From contig MNCI01001443.1 of NCBI GenBank assembly GCA_015680685.1, positions 111,630-175,629 of the forward strand: a stretch of 64,000 nt of DNA, read 5' to 3'. Every line of letters starts with the position of its first letter. Positions within the stretch are counted from its first letter, which is position 1. Made by a program: the position numbers and the translations under genes. A model generated the notes under the pieces. That model saw nothing but the letters and a program-made list of their open reading frames with translations, was not told where the DNA came from and did no database searches. This DNA comes from Gnetum montanum (Eukaryota > Plantae > Gnetophyta). Positions 50,001 to 63,036 of this stretch are shown here, one piece after another.

Positions 50001-51108
50001 TTTTTCTTGGGGACAAATTTGATGTTCAAAACCCAGTTAGCATAGTCAACTTCTCAGATGAAACCAGCTTTGTAAAGATAAGTGATCTCATCATGGATGT
50101 CCAACACAACCTCAATGCCAAAGACACACTTTTTGGGATTAAGCTTAAGGTCATATCTAAGGCAACATTTGATGACATAGTTTAAGTCATCTACATGGTC
50201 ACAAGCCACTTTGGACTTAATTTCTATGTCATCAACGTAGTTATTGAGCAAGTCTAATAGATAGTCACTAAAGATGTATGTCATTGCATGTTGAGATGTT
50301 GCTCCTATGTTCTTTAGTTCAAAGGACATCATTATATAATAAAAGGTTCCCTATGGGGTCATGAAAGTAGTTTTAAGCTAGTGCTCTAGGTTGATGTGAA
50401 TTTGGTTGTACCCTAAGAACCCATCCATGAAGGAAAATAAGGCACGGCTAGTCATACTATCAATGAGTTGGTCAATACTAGGCAACGAAAAATCATCTTT
50501 AATGATCACCTTGTTTAGGTCCTAAAAGTCTATGAAAATACATATATTTCTATTTTTATTGGGGACAACTTTGATGTTCAAAACCCAGTTAGCATAGTCA
50601 ACTGCTCAGATGAAACTAGCTTTGTAAAGATAAGTGATCTGATCATGGATGGCCAACACAACCTCAGGCCTGATTTTACGATCCTTTGGTTTACCTATTT
50701 TAACACATGGATCTAGGATAATGTTATGTTATATTATATGTAGGTCCAACATTGGCATGTCCTTGTAGGACCATGTGAACACCTTGACATTGTCACTAAG
50801 GACTTTAGAGATGCTTTGTTGGATTGGGGGTTCCAACAAGGAACTAATTTTCAATGTTTTCACCTCAACTTTTCATGTTGTTATAGGGACTTCTATGAGG
50901 AGATCCTTAGTTAGATCACCTACTTCTAAGTCTAGAGCTTAGACTAGATGTTCTAGCCAGTCTAGTGCTATCTCTAGGGATGCTATGTTGGTGTCATAGG
51001 TAAGCGGTTCAATGTCCAAAACTTTTGTGTTTATGCATTTCATTAGTTTTCCATTAGGTCCAATCAAGACTAAAGGTGAATGAGAACTAGAAAAATGTCA
51101 AGCAACAC
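47090..51108 (-). pseudogene. pol: pol of copy E: RT - RNase H - aRH - integrase
   Basis: RT FMDGFLGYNQI and NYVDD. aRH (HFDNAS, CTNNV..YEGL, HIPHTENVIANALA). INT HHCC (GYYWPYM...CDMCQ), core DYFTKWVEA, GPF motif KFLANWEGPF. Confidence 0.95.
49563..50665. repeat. Tandem duplication of ~551 bp of the RT core
   Basis: 49563-50113 and 50114-50665 are near identical. ORFs 49545-49781 and 50054-50332 are duplicates. Confidence 0.95.
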
Positions 51109-51541
51109 CTATTTTAATAAAGTGAAATGCATAAAATAAGTAAGGCAATGACATGAAAACTTGATTAACTATGCAGTATGTAAAATAATTCATCTATATA
51201 TATATTATATTTTTTGTTATTTTCTATAGCCTTGATTAACCATAAAATTGCTAGTTTAAGGTTGTAGTGGACCATAGACTATGGATGGGGTGTAAGTCTA
51301 AGCAAAACTTGAAAGGCCTAAATGTGGGACCAAGCTGAATGTTTATTGGGAAAGTTGAAAAAATGTAAAAAAGTTTCTAATTGTAGGAAGATAAAAAAGT
51401 TAGAAAATTTTTCTAACTCTAGGTGTTACAATGTGTGGGACATGGGACATTCCGTGTTATGCGTGGGACATGGAGTGTCCCGCATTATGCATGAGACACA
51501 GGATGTCCTGGGAGGCTAACATGTCATGTGGCTCTGAAGGG

Positions 51542-51549
51542 TATAAATA
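51542..51549 (+). promoter_or_regulatory. Candidate TATA box of the antisense gene, copy E
   Basis: TATAAATA followed by an ATG at 51692 and splice-like sites; points away from pol. Confidence 0.5.
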
Positions 51550-51691
51550 GAGGTTTCACCCATGGTAAACCTGTCATTTTTACCATTAGAGCCAATAGTC
51601 ATCTAAGCATAGTATAGCCAATGTAGAGCATAGCAGCCATAGAGGGAAGCTAGAGTGTGATAATAGAAAAGCTATAGCGTAGCAGCTAAAG

Positions 51692-54600
51692 ATGGCACAT
51701 AGGAGTGAACGTAGATACCTTGGCCTCACCAATGTTGATGAAGGTGAGAACACCTTATGATGTCTTCCTTGGGTATGCTTTGAGGAATGCTATCAGATGA
51801 CATCTATTGGGTAGGCTATCATACTCCACTCATGATGTTTTGTTTCTTCTTAATTTCTATGCATTTTTAGGCCTTTTGGATTTTGGGGTGTTTGGAAGGC
51901 GACCTTCCATGGACAAGGACTACCACCACCACTACTACCACTATGGCCACTACAACCCCTACGCTACTACTAGGAAGGGACTACGCACTATGCATTTCTC
52001 TTTTGTTCTCTTTTGTCCTATTTCTTATTTTAGTGTTGAGGGTTTATGGATGAATTGCTCCATAATGCTAGGTGAGGGTTTCAATAAGGGTTTCTATGCA
52101 TCCAACGCTATGCGATGGGATGAAGTGTTTTTGTAGCATCGTGTGCTCCAGGATGGAACGAGGGTTTTATGTGTATCGCAAGCATAGCATGTCCTAAGGG
52201 CTTAGTCTTTGTACATCCCATGCCATGAAACAAAGGTTTCGTGTATGTACCACACTGTGGGACAAGACAAGGTTTCTATGATGTCCCATGTCATGGGATA
52301 GGATAGGGGTTTCACAAGAGTCTTGCACCATGGCATGGCACAAGGTTTTTTGGTGTCCCACTTCATGCGACAAGAATCTACCAAGGAGATCAAAGTTCAT
52401 GTCTATGAAGCTCTAGGCATCCCTGAGAGCATGATCAACACTTGGAATTTTTTTACAAGTTTTGTAGTTGTCAAGCTACTTAGGAGCATGGCGGACACCT
52501 GGAAAAGTTTTTTTAACTTTATTGCTAGTAACTCTGTAGTTGTCATGCTCCTTGGCAATGTGACTAACACTTCAAAAAAAATTTAATTTTTTTCTAATCT
52601 AGAGTAGTCATGCTCCCTAGGAGAGTGACCAACATTTAGAAAAAAGTTTCTTTCAGAAGTGTCATGCTCTTTTGAGTTTGCAATTGTCATGCTCAGTAGA
52701 GATCATGATTGATAGTTAAATTTTTTTTTGATATTTTCTTTAATATTATGAAATTCAAAAAATATATAAGTGTTTATGCTATTCCCTACTTGGAACTAAG
52801 CATGTTAGATGGTGGTGCCAATGTTCCATCCCTATGGGGCTTGAGAAAAGTTAACTATGTTGCATGTGATACATTTTATTTTCCTTTTATCTTATTTTAT
52901 GCAACTTTTATCTATTAATTCTTGTTTTTTTCATTACCTTTTTCTTGTACAAATGCTTTTTTTACTATGGCATTGCACGGTCCTGTTGAAACCTGCTCTT
53001 ATCATGGTTGAACTAGTGGGGATCCTGTGTTGTATGAGTGATTTCATGCCAAATGTTCTCACAACACATGTGTGCATAGGATACTAGGTGGTCTAGTTTC
53101 GAGAGGGTGCACAAGAATTCTTAGAATTCATAATCTTCCACTTTAGTGTGATCATATGGTCATAGTTGTCAGCTAAAGCAACAAGTATTCTAGTTGAGAC
53201 ATTGTTTCCTAGGGCAAACCAAGGCATCTGGAAATTCATGTTAGATGAACCTCCTGAAGGTGAAGGGACATGGATCTTAAGCCAGTGCCTAAGAGGCCTT
53301 AGGTTATTATCTTGGATTTGGTAGATGCTTGAATTCCAATGCTACCATAAGTACAACATTGTATTCCTTGCTCGTCATGTGCACACATCCTTCCAGAACC
53401 CACTTGGGATAGTTTACTATGCTAGAGGGTAAGCCCTATTGTGATTGTTTTACTACCTATTATCTCATGACTTAGGATACTTGCTACCTTTTTTCCTATT
53501 ACTAGATTTTCTATTGATGTAGACGACCTCCACGATGGAGAGGGAATATTAACCCTAGTCTAAATAGCCCTACAAGAGTTCTCATCTACTAAGAACATAC
53601 GTGTTGGAATTATAGGGAAAATTGGGAAAGATATGAAAAATTACCCTACTAGATATACCAAATCCTATGTGAAGTGTCGAGATCTTGATTAGTTGGACAT
53701 TGAGTGGGCATCCTAGATACCAAGTGTAGAAGAGGTTTCGGTCCCACTACTATTATTCCCCATACCATTTCTATTACATAAGTTGTATCACCTGTTTACT
53801 TTCATGCACTTTTGATTTTACATTTTATCATGTTGTTGATTCTACTTTTGTTTACTATAGCTACAACCAAGTCTAAGGAGGTCACTGTGGTTGCCTTAGG
53901 ATGCACTAAGGCCAATCTTCTTTTCAAGTATGATGAGGTTGATGGTTCATAGCGTTGGTTGTGCCATGAGGCTCCAACAAGGGTAATCCAAAATATTCAA
54001 TGGGCTAGGCTCATGAACATATTCTTAGCCATAAACCCAAACATTCTGATAGTGGAGATGATTGCCCTAGTCAAATTTTTCATTAAGAGTGCTAACCATT
54101 TCTATATGCAAGTTCACAATGTGCAAGTGGTCATTTAGATCACAGACAACCTTTTTTCAAATCTCTTTGACATTCCCTTTGAAGGTATACTGGTAGGTGA
54201 GAAAACAAATAAGGAGCTAAACCAAAAAAGAGACATTGAAGAGTGGTTGGACATTGAGAAAGGTTGCAAGGGTATACCCATGAATCAAGTAAAATAGTTG
54301 GTGGCCTAACATCTTTATCCCATCTTCTAGACTGATGCATTTGCTAAGATACTTTCTCAAGGAAAGGTCCTTAATGTAGAGTAGGCTTAGGTTATGAGGG
54401 ATGTGATAGAGGAAGGGACACAATATAGCTAGGCCAAATACCTTGTTGATGGCCTGCAAGCTAAAATTGTCAAACTTTGCAACAACCTCGAGGCATGCTC
54501 TTATATACATTTTTCCTTCTTTGTAGTGTGCCTGCGAAGGTTTGTAGAATTCTTGGTGGTCCATAAGAATGGGCTATGGATGATGCATGATCACACCTAG

Positions 54601-56527
54601 ATATCCAAGCCATGGATCTACCATTTATTCCATACAACATGATCACAAGACCCCCCAGAGGCCATTGGTGAGTCATTTTCAGTGACCACCAAGGGCCACA
54701 CGGGGCCATCCTACCATGTGCATGACAATGTTGAAGAGGACCCTCCCACCAACATAGGTAACATAGCAAAGGGGACATGACTCATCGCTGAGATGGTGAA
54801 GTCTACAATGCAAATCAAGAAGCCCCACCCTGAGGAGGAGCCTACACATGAAGTTAAGGAGAGCGGAAAGAAGCTACACTTTAGACTTCACAATCCATGA
54901 TTAGAGTTAGCTAGTAAGTATACATTATATATTCTTTTTTTCTTTTGTTAAATGTTCTAACCTAGATTTATGTAACATAGAGAGCCCCTATTATAGAAGA
55001 TGAGCCCTTACAAGAGGATGTCCCTCAACTCGAGGGACACATGGAAAATGAGGACACCACCAAAGTTTTAAGTTAGCTCAAAGAGAAGGGAATGCAATTT
55101 GAGAAAAGTGAGTTTAATCACTTTTTTGAAGGTGTGCAAATAGGTGATCCCCCCCACTCTCACCCCTAAGGGTTTGCTAGGTAAGAGCTTTGTACTACCA
55201 TTTTTCTTATGCTCTTCCTCTCCCTCTTTTCTCTTATCTTATTTTATCTTATTTTCTTATATTTTTTATATTTTTGGATTTTATTTTGATGACACTGAAA
55301 TGCCTTATATTATAGTAGGTGATGCTTCTGCTAAGCATCCTAAATCTTCATCCACTTTTCACTCACGACTGTGGGTAGAAACTCTAATCAAATTTACCTT
55401 CATGCAAGGCATAGTGGATGACATGATCAACCACTTGAAATAGATAGATCCTAAGTTAGGTATTTTTATCTCTTTTTTCTTTTGGATTCTTCTTATTTTT
55501 TTTCTTTTACTTTGTCTTATGACTAATGTTTCACCTTTTGGTATAATAGGATTGCGACTTAAATGGGATCCAAGGAGAGTGGTCTAGGTTGATACTATAC
55601 CTAAGTTCTCTCCTGAGGTAGAATAGGTACCTCATGTATACGATGAGGTAAGCAAGTGCACATTGCACTCCACATGATCATTGTGGAAGTGTAGGCATGT
55701 TAATGAAGAGTTCTAGAAACAAGTGCAAAAGCTCCAAAAATAGAAGGTGAACCCGACAGTCCAACTAGAAGATTTGCAGTCATGGTATGACTTCTTGGTA
55801 GCCCAAAATAAATCATATGGTAGCTAGTGTACGACTATGATTGGTTATGTCACATACTGGTCAGCCGTCTAGGATACGAATGAGGCTACTCACGAGGTTA
55901 TTGAGTAGTGCTTGTAGATGGGCCTCTTAGCTTGGAAGAACCAAGATTGGAAGGACTACAACGCTAAAGTGTATGAGTGGGGATAGAATCAAAAGAATCA
56001 CAAGTATCATTACAAGATGGAATGCACAACCTATTGTAAGAAGTATCAGGAAAATTCTGTGAAGTGCCAATGTCCTAACATATTCCTTGATGCCATCAAT
56101 GCAATGCAGGCTTATGACATGTTCATGAATTGTCTAGTGGTTAGTCAGTCCTTGAAGAAGGAGATTGTTTTTTCTTCTAGAGAGGTTACATTTGCCACAT
56201 TTTCTCCAAGGCCACTCGTATGGACAACTATGAAGAAAGGAAAGATGCTTACAAGCATTAATTTAGGAGAGGAGGATTGGACACATATGTCAAAGGAGAA
56301 GATCCTTTGACGCCTAGAGGTTGGCCTCAATAGGATGCCCTCAAACATGGATGTGGGCCCATCTCAGGTTGGTTAAATATAATTTATTGTTATCTATTAC
56401 ATAATAATTTTTCATGTTATCCTCTTTATTAGTTGGTTTATCATTTTGTTTTTGTTTTGCATAGGATGAAGGTGAAGGCGCAGGACCTAGCGGAGTAGCA
56501 GATAAAGATGGAGGGGAAGATCCTTAG
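51692..56527 (+). pseudogene. Antisense multi-exon accessory gene of copy E
   Basis: Homologous coding sequence from ~53080. Introns include 53429-53522, ~53778-53860, ~54914-54980, 55181-55318, 55460-55549 and 56368-56464. Last exon DEGEGAGPSG...DP* at 56465-56527. The 5' exons are uncertain. Confidence 0.75.
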
Positions 56528-56724
56528 CTTCCCATCATTAATACAAATTAAAATATTTAAGATGTAGCCCTAGTGTTGGGAAATTTTATGTCTTTTGATA
56601 TGGATGTAATCATGGACTATGTATTTTGTTTATGAGTTAATGAAAGGCATGATATTTATTTATCTCTAATGGTATCATTTTAACTTGAATTTCAATTGAT
56701 CTCACTTTAGATTTTTGTTGATGT

Positions 56725-56890
56725 AATTAGGCCCCTTGTGGGCCCCCCATGTAATAGTTTAAGGCCATTTCAAGCCACCACTAGTTTAAGGCCATTTTGG
56801 GCCATCACTAATTTAAGGTCATTTTGGGAAGAAGTCTAGTTTAAAGCCATTTCAGGTCACGTTATAGTTTAAGGGTATTTCAGGCCCCAC
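56725..56890. repeat. Tandem array, ~27 bp unit CTAGTTTAAGGCCATTTYRGGCCA
   Basis: About 6 units between the antisense gene end and the protease stop. Confidence 0.85.
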
Positions 56891-57020
56891 TTTTTATTAT
56901 TTTTTTAATGGCTAAATGAATGCATAAGTAATGCAAGAAGCAAACATAATGAAAACTAAAGCTATACAAGCAAAAGGGGCTAAAGACAAGTTATATGAGC
57001 AAGCAAGTTAGGGACATGCC

Positions 57021-60000
57021 TTAATCGCATAGATGTTTCCTAACTTGATATGGGTTAGGTGATGCGTAAGGTTTAGAAGACACTAGGTGGTACTCTCCTA
57101 GGCCATCATCTACCACTAAAAAGGGAAATTATGCCCATAGATATTCCTCATAGAGGCCACTCATTTTTCTTTTTTCATCAGACAAACAACATCAACTTTC
57201 ATTGCATGCAAGTGTTGTGTCTTTGAATATTTCTACCACTGATCCGTGCTCAATGTCTACATTGTTGATAGCCTGAGGGGCTATGTTGTCACCAAATATC
57301 ACCACTTCTTCACCCTTGTAAGGTAGGTGGATCTCTTGGTGGATTGGTGAAGAAATAGTCCTTAGTTGGGTTAACCAAGATCTCCCTAAGATTAGGTTGA
57401 ATTCAAGCATTTATTCAACCATGATAAACTCTACATTAGTGGGGACTTGCTCCTATACCATGAAATCAATCGTGATTGTTCCCTTGACAACCACACATGC
57501 TCCATTGAAGGATTTTAAATAGGCCATTATTGTTGGCCTGATTTGATCCACCAGGCCAAGCTTAGCAATGATAGGGAATAGGATAATGTTGGTTGCTATC
57601 CTGTCATCTACATGCACCCTGTGAATTTTGTACTAGCCCACACGAATTGTTATGAACATGGATGCAATGGTTACTTGATCCTTCTCAGGGTCAACTTTGA
57701 TTACTTCATTATGAAATGTCAAGAGTGTTGACCTTGGTTCTTCTATTGTAGGTGGGAGAATTATCGAATAGATAGCCTTTTCCTCTACTAGCATGTCTTC
57801 CTTAATAGGAATGGATGCCAACATGTGAACCAAGGCTTCATGATGCACAAAGAAGGTCATAATTAGATTGTATAGGCTCAAAGTTGTATTCTTTTATTTT
57901 AGAGCATGCTTGACCTGTGTGAGTGCATCTAGAAATCATTTTTCACCATCAGGTTTTTTGGTGGTCTTTATCTCCTCCATGCATCCTAAGAGATAAATTT
58001 CCCAAGGAGGAGGAGACTTGGATTTTTGTTGGGTAGTGGGCCTTTAAGCCTTGGTGGTTTCGTGTTGAGTGTGCATGTCTACGTTGATGGCCTTAGATGA
58101 TGGGGCCATGGGAATGGTTGACAAACAGGTAGGCCTAGGAAGACCTAGCTAAGTGCTTTCCCTAGCCATTTTTTTGGTGAGATGCTCATCATGCCTTTTT
58201 TGGTAAGTAATTCATGATACAGTCCCCTCCATCAGACCTTGGGTAGATGGGGGGTCTACATGTTTTGGCATCCTTATGACAAAAGGTGTTTTCATTGTTG
58301 TTGCAACATGCTATGGGGCCCTAACCACAAAGGATGTCAAGAGCACCCAAGGTGGTGCTTTGTTGACAAAGGAGGACTGTGGCCTAGTTGATGCTGAGGC
58401 CCCAACTTCTCTAGAGGGCACATGAACCATAGATGGTTCATGTGTTGGCTCTGCATTATCATCAATGCTGATAGCATTAATGATATATCCTGCATTACTA
58501 GCATTTAATGGGTTCTTATAGGATTTCATGAACTGGTTATCCAACCGAACCAGATTAATTGTGTTAAGGACTAGTTTGTCTTGATTGATCATGCATTGAA
58601 TATCATCCTTCAATGCTAGGAAGTAATCTGTGTCCTGGCCATGCAACTGATGGTAGTTGCAAAACTGGTCTAGTCTAAAATTTTTGGGTACCAGAGGCTC
58701 ATTGGACATAGTCATAGAAGGGTTTCAGATGACCTCGTAGTACCTCTCATGGAATTTGTGAGCATCCTTCAACATTTGCTTTTTTTGAATGCACTCAACA
58801 GTAAATAATTGATCCGAAAGCTTTGATGGCTTGATTTGCAAAGGGATGTATTTTGAACGATCCTTGCACTCAAAGTTTAGCCTTAGGAGAGCTTGCCCTG
58901 TCGCCATTGATGATGCAGGTTGGTTGGTTCCTATGTTGCTAAAACCAATTATTTTGTTGCTATTGGTTAGGGCCTTACACACCTTAGTTGCTTGCTTGCT
59001 TGCTTATTGGGATTGGATTCATCAGCCATAGTTGCCACAGTGGTTGTCATGGCTTTTCCATTTTCCTTGTCTCTCTTGCATGCACATTCTTGTAGGCTTG
59101 GTAAGTTGGATCCTTGCTGGCCTTTGCTGCATCATGTATTCTCTTTGTTTGAGAAAAATATTGGCTAAGGAAACATGGGGCTAAATAGTATAACTTCAAT
59201 TTGATGAAATCATTTACTGTGCCCTTAAAAATGGCCAGTAGGTGGGTTTCAATGATTGACTCTCAAATCTCATTTAAGTAGGTGCTCCAACATTATATGA
59301 ATTTTTGCACTAGCTCCAGCATTCCTTACTTAATGTTCATTAGCTAGTCTAGCATGGCTCTCAGCTTCAAGTTGTACTTGAAGTAGGTTACAAATTGGCT
59401 TACCTCCTCTAGAGTTAACATGGATGCTCGACGAAGCACGCAATACTAATCTAAAGCTTTGCTAGTCAAAGACATGGCAAAGACATGGATAGTTTCATGT
59501 GGTCATGCTTGCAATAATAAGGACTCAAAATGGAAAGTGACTAAGTGAGTGTTTGGGTTACCTTCATAGTTATACTTTGTGAACTAGGGTAGTTAGATTG
59601 CTAGAGGCAGTGTGAGTGGAGGGACTGTAGGGCTAATGGGATCATCTTGATAGAAGTCCACTAGATGTACTATCTCCGAGTTGGTTACTTTAAGCCACCA
59701 GACCTCTTCTGTGAGAGTTTGGATAAGTTGGAACACTTGTTCTAGACTCGAGGATGTTATAGAGGGTTGCATTCGCTATGCCATTTGTGATGCCATTGGA
59801 GTGGCCCATAGCCGTATAGTGCATTATGCCATCATATGTGATACTTGGTAATTTTGTTGCTGCATGTAGTGCCACACATGGAATAATTGAACAATGGGTA
59901 AAGATGTTACTACCCACCACGTAGTTGAGGTTGAAGCTATTGTTGGTGGTGGGATTGATATGGCTAGAATAATGAAAATGTAACTTGTTTGTGGCTATGA

Positions 60001-60693
60001 TATGAACATGATGTGCACATATGGTAGTGTGGGCATCACGAACACTAGCTATGAAGGTTGAATAGACTGCAAGGATATGACAAAGGGAAAAGGGGTAGAA
60101 GGTCCTACATTCTATTATGTAGATAGGACTTGGTGGCTAATTACCACTGATGAATTTTTAGGTTATGAAAGCATCACAACTACCTTAAAGAAGGAAAGAG
60201 ACTGCGACTAGTGTACTAGGAATACAAAGGTAGACTGTGAGGGTGAGACATAGAGCAGAATGCCACCATCGAAATAGGATTCAAAATCCTCGTATCCATC
60301 TTGTAGGGGCTCATCATAGTTTGATGCTGAATCCTGCTATTTTGGCCCACTCATCTTGATATGTTGGTCCAAAATCCATTTGAAAGTTTTAGTGAGAAAT
60401 ATAATTGCACCATGGATGGGAAGGAACTCCCTTCTGTTTTGGTGGATAATTTTGAAACTATGCTTTTCCTTAATTTCTTGAAAATCCAATGGTAAGCACA
60501 CTTGAATCTTGGCACACAAAAAGTTATATCGTTCATCATCAAGTGCCGTGTGTTTAGGCGATTGGTGCTATAGTTTAAGAGATTGTTGTTATGGCCGCAC
60601 TAAGCTAAGTGGTTGCTCGACATCTATCATGTGTTAAATGGGGTGAGTAACCTCTAGGCTCAAGATGGTAGCTAAGGTGTTAACTAGATTCAT
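57021..60693 (-). pseudogene. gag: gag-protease of copy E
   Basis: ORFs 60337-60519, 58725-58982, 58311-58715 (FCNYHQLHGQDT knuckle), 57633-57881 and 57192-57410 (FNLILGRSWL). Confidence 0.9.
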
Positions 60694-61152
60694 TTTTGTT
60701 TCATAGAAAATATGTGAGAAAAATAGATGCTTGCAAAAAATGTTTGAGTGTAGAAAGTTTTAAGAGAAAATGACTATGTGTGAAAATTGTAAAGAAAATA
60801 GGCAAAAAATGGCTAATTCTAGAAACACTAAAAAATGGTTATCTCTACTATTATACTTGTCACACTCTCAGGGACTGTTACACTCACTGGGTTGTCATGC
60901 TCTATAAAATGGTTAGAGCTTGATGTAGTAGATAGTTTCGGCTTTCCATCCTATCGGGTTTCAAGGGAACCATCAATTGGGACTAATCTACACCAACTAG
61001 AACATAGACAACTCCTACACTATTCTATGATCCAGCTACTACTGTGGTAGGTCTATAGAAGTGTTATGTCTATGCTAGCTTGCTACTAGTGACAGGGGTA
61101 TAGAAAGCATGTCGTACTACCCATGGCACAAAGAAGGAATCATAGGTTCAAG

Positions 61153-61169
61153 CCCTTCTTTTAGCACCA
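61153..61169 (-). other. Primer binding site (tRNA-Asn), copy E
   Basis: CCCTTCTTTTAGCACCA followed by AAAAC and the LTR. Confidence 0.8.
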
Positions 61170-61174
61170 AAAAC

Positions 61175-63031
61175 TATGATGTTCAAAAACATTGGTGGTT
61201 GGAACACCAAGAGGTCCACGGGCATACCGCCTAACCCAAAATTCATATGAGCACCATGCTGCGAGAAACAAAAATGAGGTGCCCTAAATAATCTAGTCGA
61301 TTAGACAAGGACTTACGTGGTGTAACAATAACCTTTTATAAAAATAGTTTTTAATGAGCCTCTTGCAAGCCAAGACAACAATCAGGAACATAACTTTGAG
61401 AAAAATGCAAGTTTAAGGCTAAGAACTTTGAAAAAAATGCAAGTGTAAGGCTAAGAACTTTGAAAAAAATGCTAAGAATATAGAACTAGAGTTCAAAGGT
61501 GGTGAAATGGACTGCCCAAAGATTGGGGAGCACAACTTTTGATTGAATAATTTTTGAAGCTGGTACACAGGGTTAGACAGGCATAGTGGTAGCATAGTGG
61601 TGTGTTCATAGTTTTTGGAATGTCATGAATGTAGTGTTGGTAGCTGTGAAGGAGGTTGAACCTGCTGGGTTTACAATCATCACACTATGCGAGTGTAAGG
61701 AATATTGTGTCACAATACTTGGCAAAGTGTCAAGCTTGGGTGCTTAGGTATGGGAGTAGTGAAGATGCTAGGAGTGCTCCAATGCTTGATTCCTAAAATG
61801 ATTTGCCAACCAACTACTAAAATTTTTATTATTGGGGTATTTATAGGGCTAGAGTTAACGTGAGATGAAAACATAGCATGGACATGGACAGGTCACACTG
61901 ACATACTACACTTTGAATGTTAAGCTCAAAGTGTTAACACTCTATAGGATAGGAATGGAAACTTAGAAACTACTAAATTGTGACAACACCGTATAGACTA
62001 TAATGTGCTAGATTTTGAGAGATCTCCATGTACCTACAAACAATGCCAAAACAAATGCAACTTGGAGTCTACACTCTGGGACTATGTCTTCCCCCTCTTC
62101 TGAGTAGGGTCAAGTGTAGGAACAATTTTGGGGATTAATGGGGGGTGAAAAAGTAAGCTAGACTACTGATCATTGCCACCAGAGGAACATTGAAATTGAA
62201 ATTAATCTCAATGCTATGTTTTGAAAGCTTTTGGAGCCTTTTGGAGACATTTTCCATGTGTCATGCTATCTACGCTGCACAGTGTGACAGAGTGTAGCAT
62301 GAACACTTAGAAAAACTTTTGCAAATTTTGACTTGTCATGCTATTTATGTTGCACAACACAGCAAATCATAACAGCATAACACTAGTGCTTCATCAAATT
62401 TTGATAAAACTTGTAATGTTTCTCCATGGCACGCTGACCACACTCCAGGGTGTAGCAAGATAGGTAGCCTCGGAAGTCAAAAAATTGCCAAATGAATCTC
62501 CCATGTCTAGATAGCTTAATAGATCCTTGTCCAATGCTTAGACAAAATTGGACCCTGAAACTTGTGAAGCTGGCTATGTTGTGTAGCGTAGTAGAGTGTG
62601 ATAGGCTCAAAAGATAGAACATTTGCCAAATTGTTTCATCCATCCTAAGAACTTTTGATAGACTCTAGCATGATTCCTGAGTGAACTGGAAACTGGGAGA
62701 TGTGTCAAGATAGGTAAGCTAGAGAGCATAGCAAGCTTGACAATCCAAGAGATAGAAAACTTGCCAAATTATTTGGTGCATCCCAAGGAGAAATTGACTA
62801 ATTTTGGCTTGAGATTTGTGTATACTAGCCATAGAAGTGTGTGCTATGCTAGCTGTGCTATGGAGCATAGCAGGAAAACTTAGAAAAATTTTGTAAAAAA
62901 GAAGGACTTCAAGTGTGCTACGAGGTCAACATTGCACAGCATGACACCAAACTTAGAAAAATATTTCCCAAATTTGACACTTAGACAAATCTATCATTGA
63001 TTTACAGGATCCAAAAATTGGTGGTGTTTTA
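61175..63031 (-). repeat. 5' LTR of copy E
   Basis: Homologous to 43391-45281 and followed by the TSD GGGAT. TATA-like CTATAAATACCC at ~61840. Confidence 0.95.
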
Positions 63032-63036
63032 GGGAT

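Larger units (their letters stand above)
43391..63031 (-). mobile_element. Full-length Tat-lineage LTR retrotransposon copy E (~19.6 kb)
   Basis: Two homologous ~1.9 kb LTRs, TSD GGGAT (43386-43390 and 63032-63036), PBS, PPT, gag-pro, antisense gene and pol. The flanks rejoin into a continuous copy-F sequence. Confidence 0.95.

Noticed and set aside
61100-61170. tRNA gene
   Set aside because: Only the 3' end of tRNA-Asn is matched, next to an LTR. This is a PBS with no full cloverleaf.
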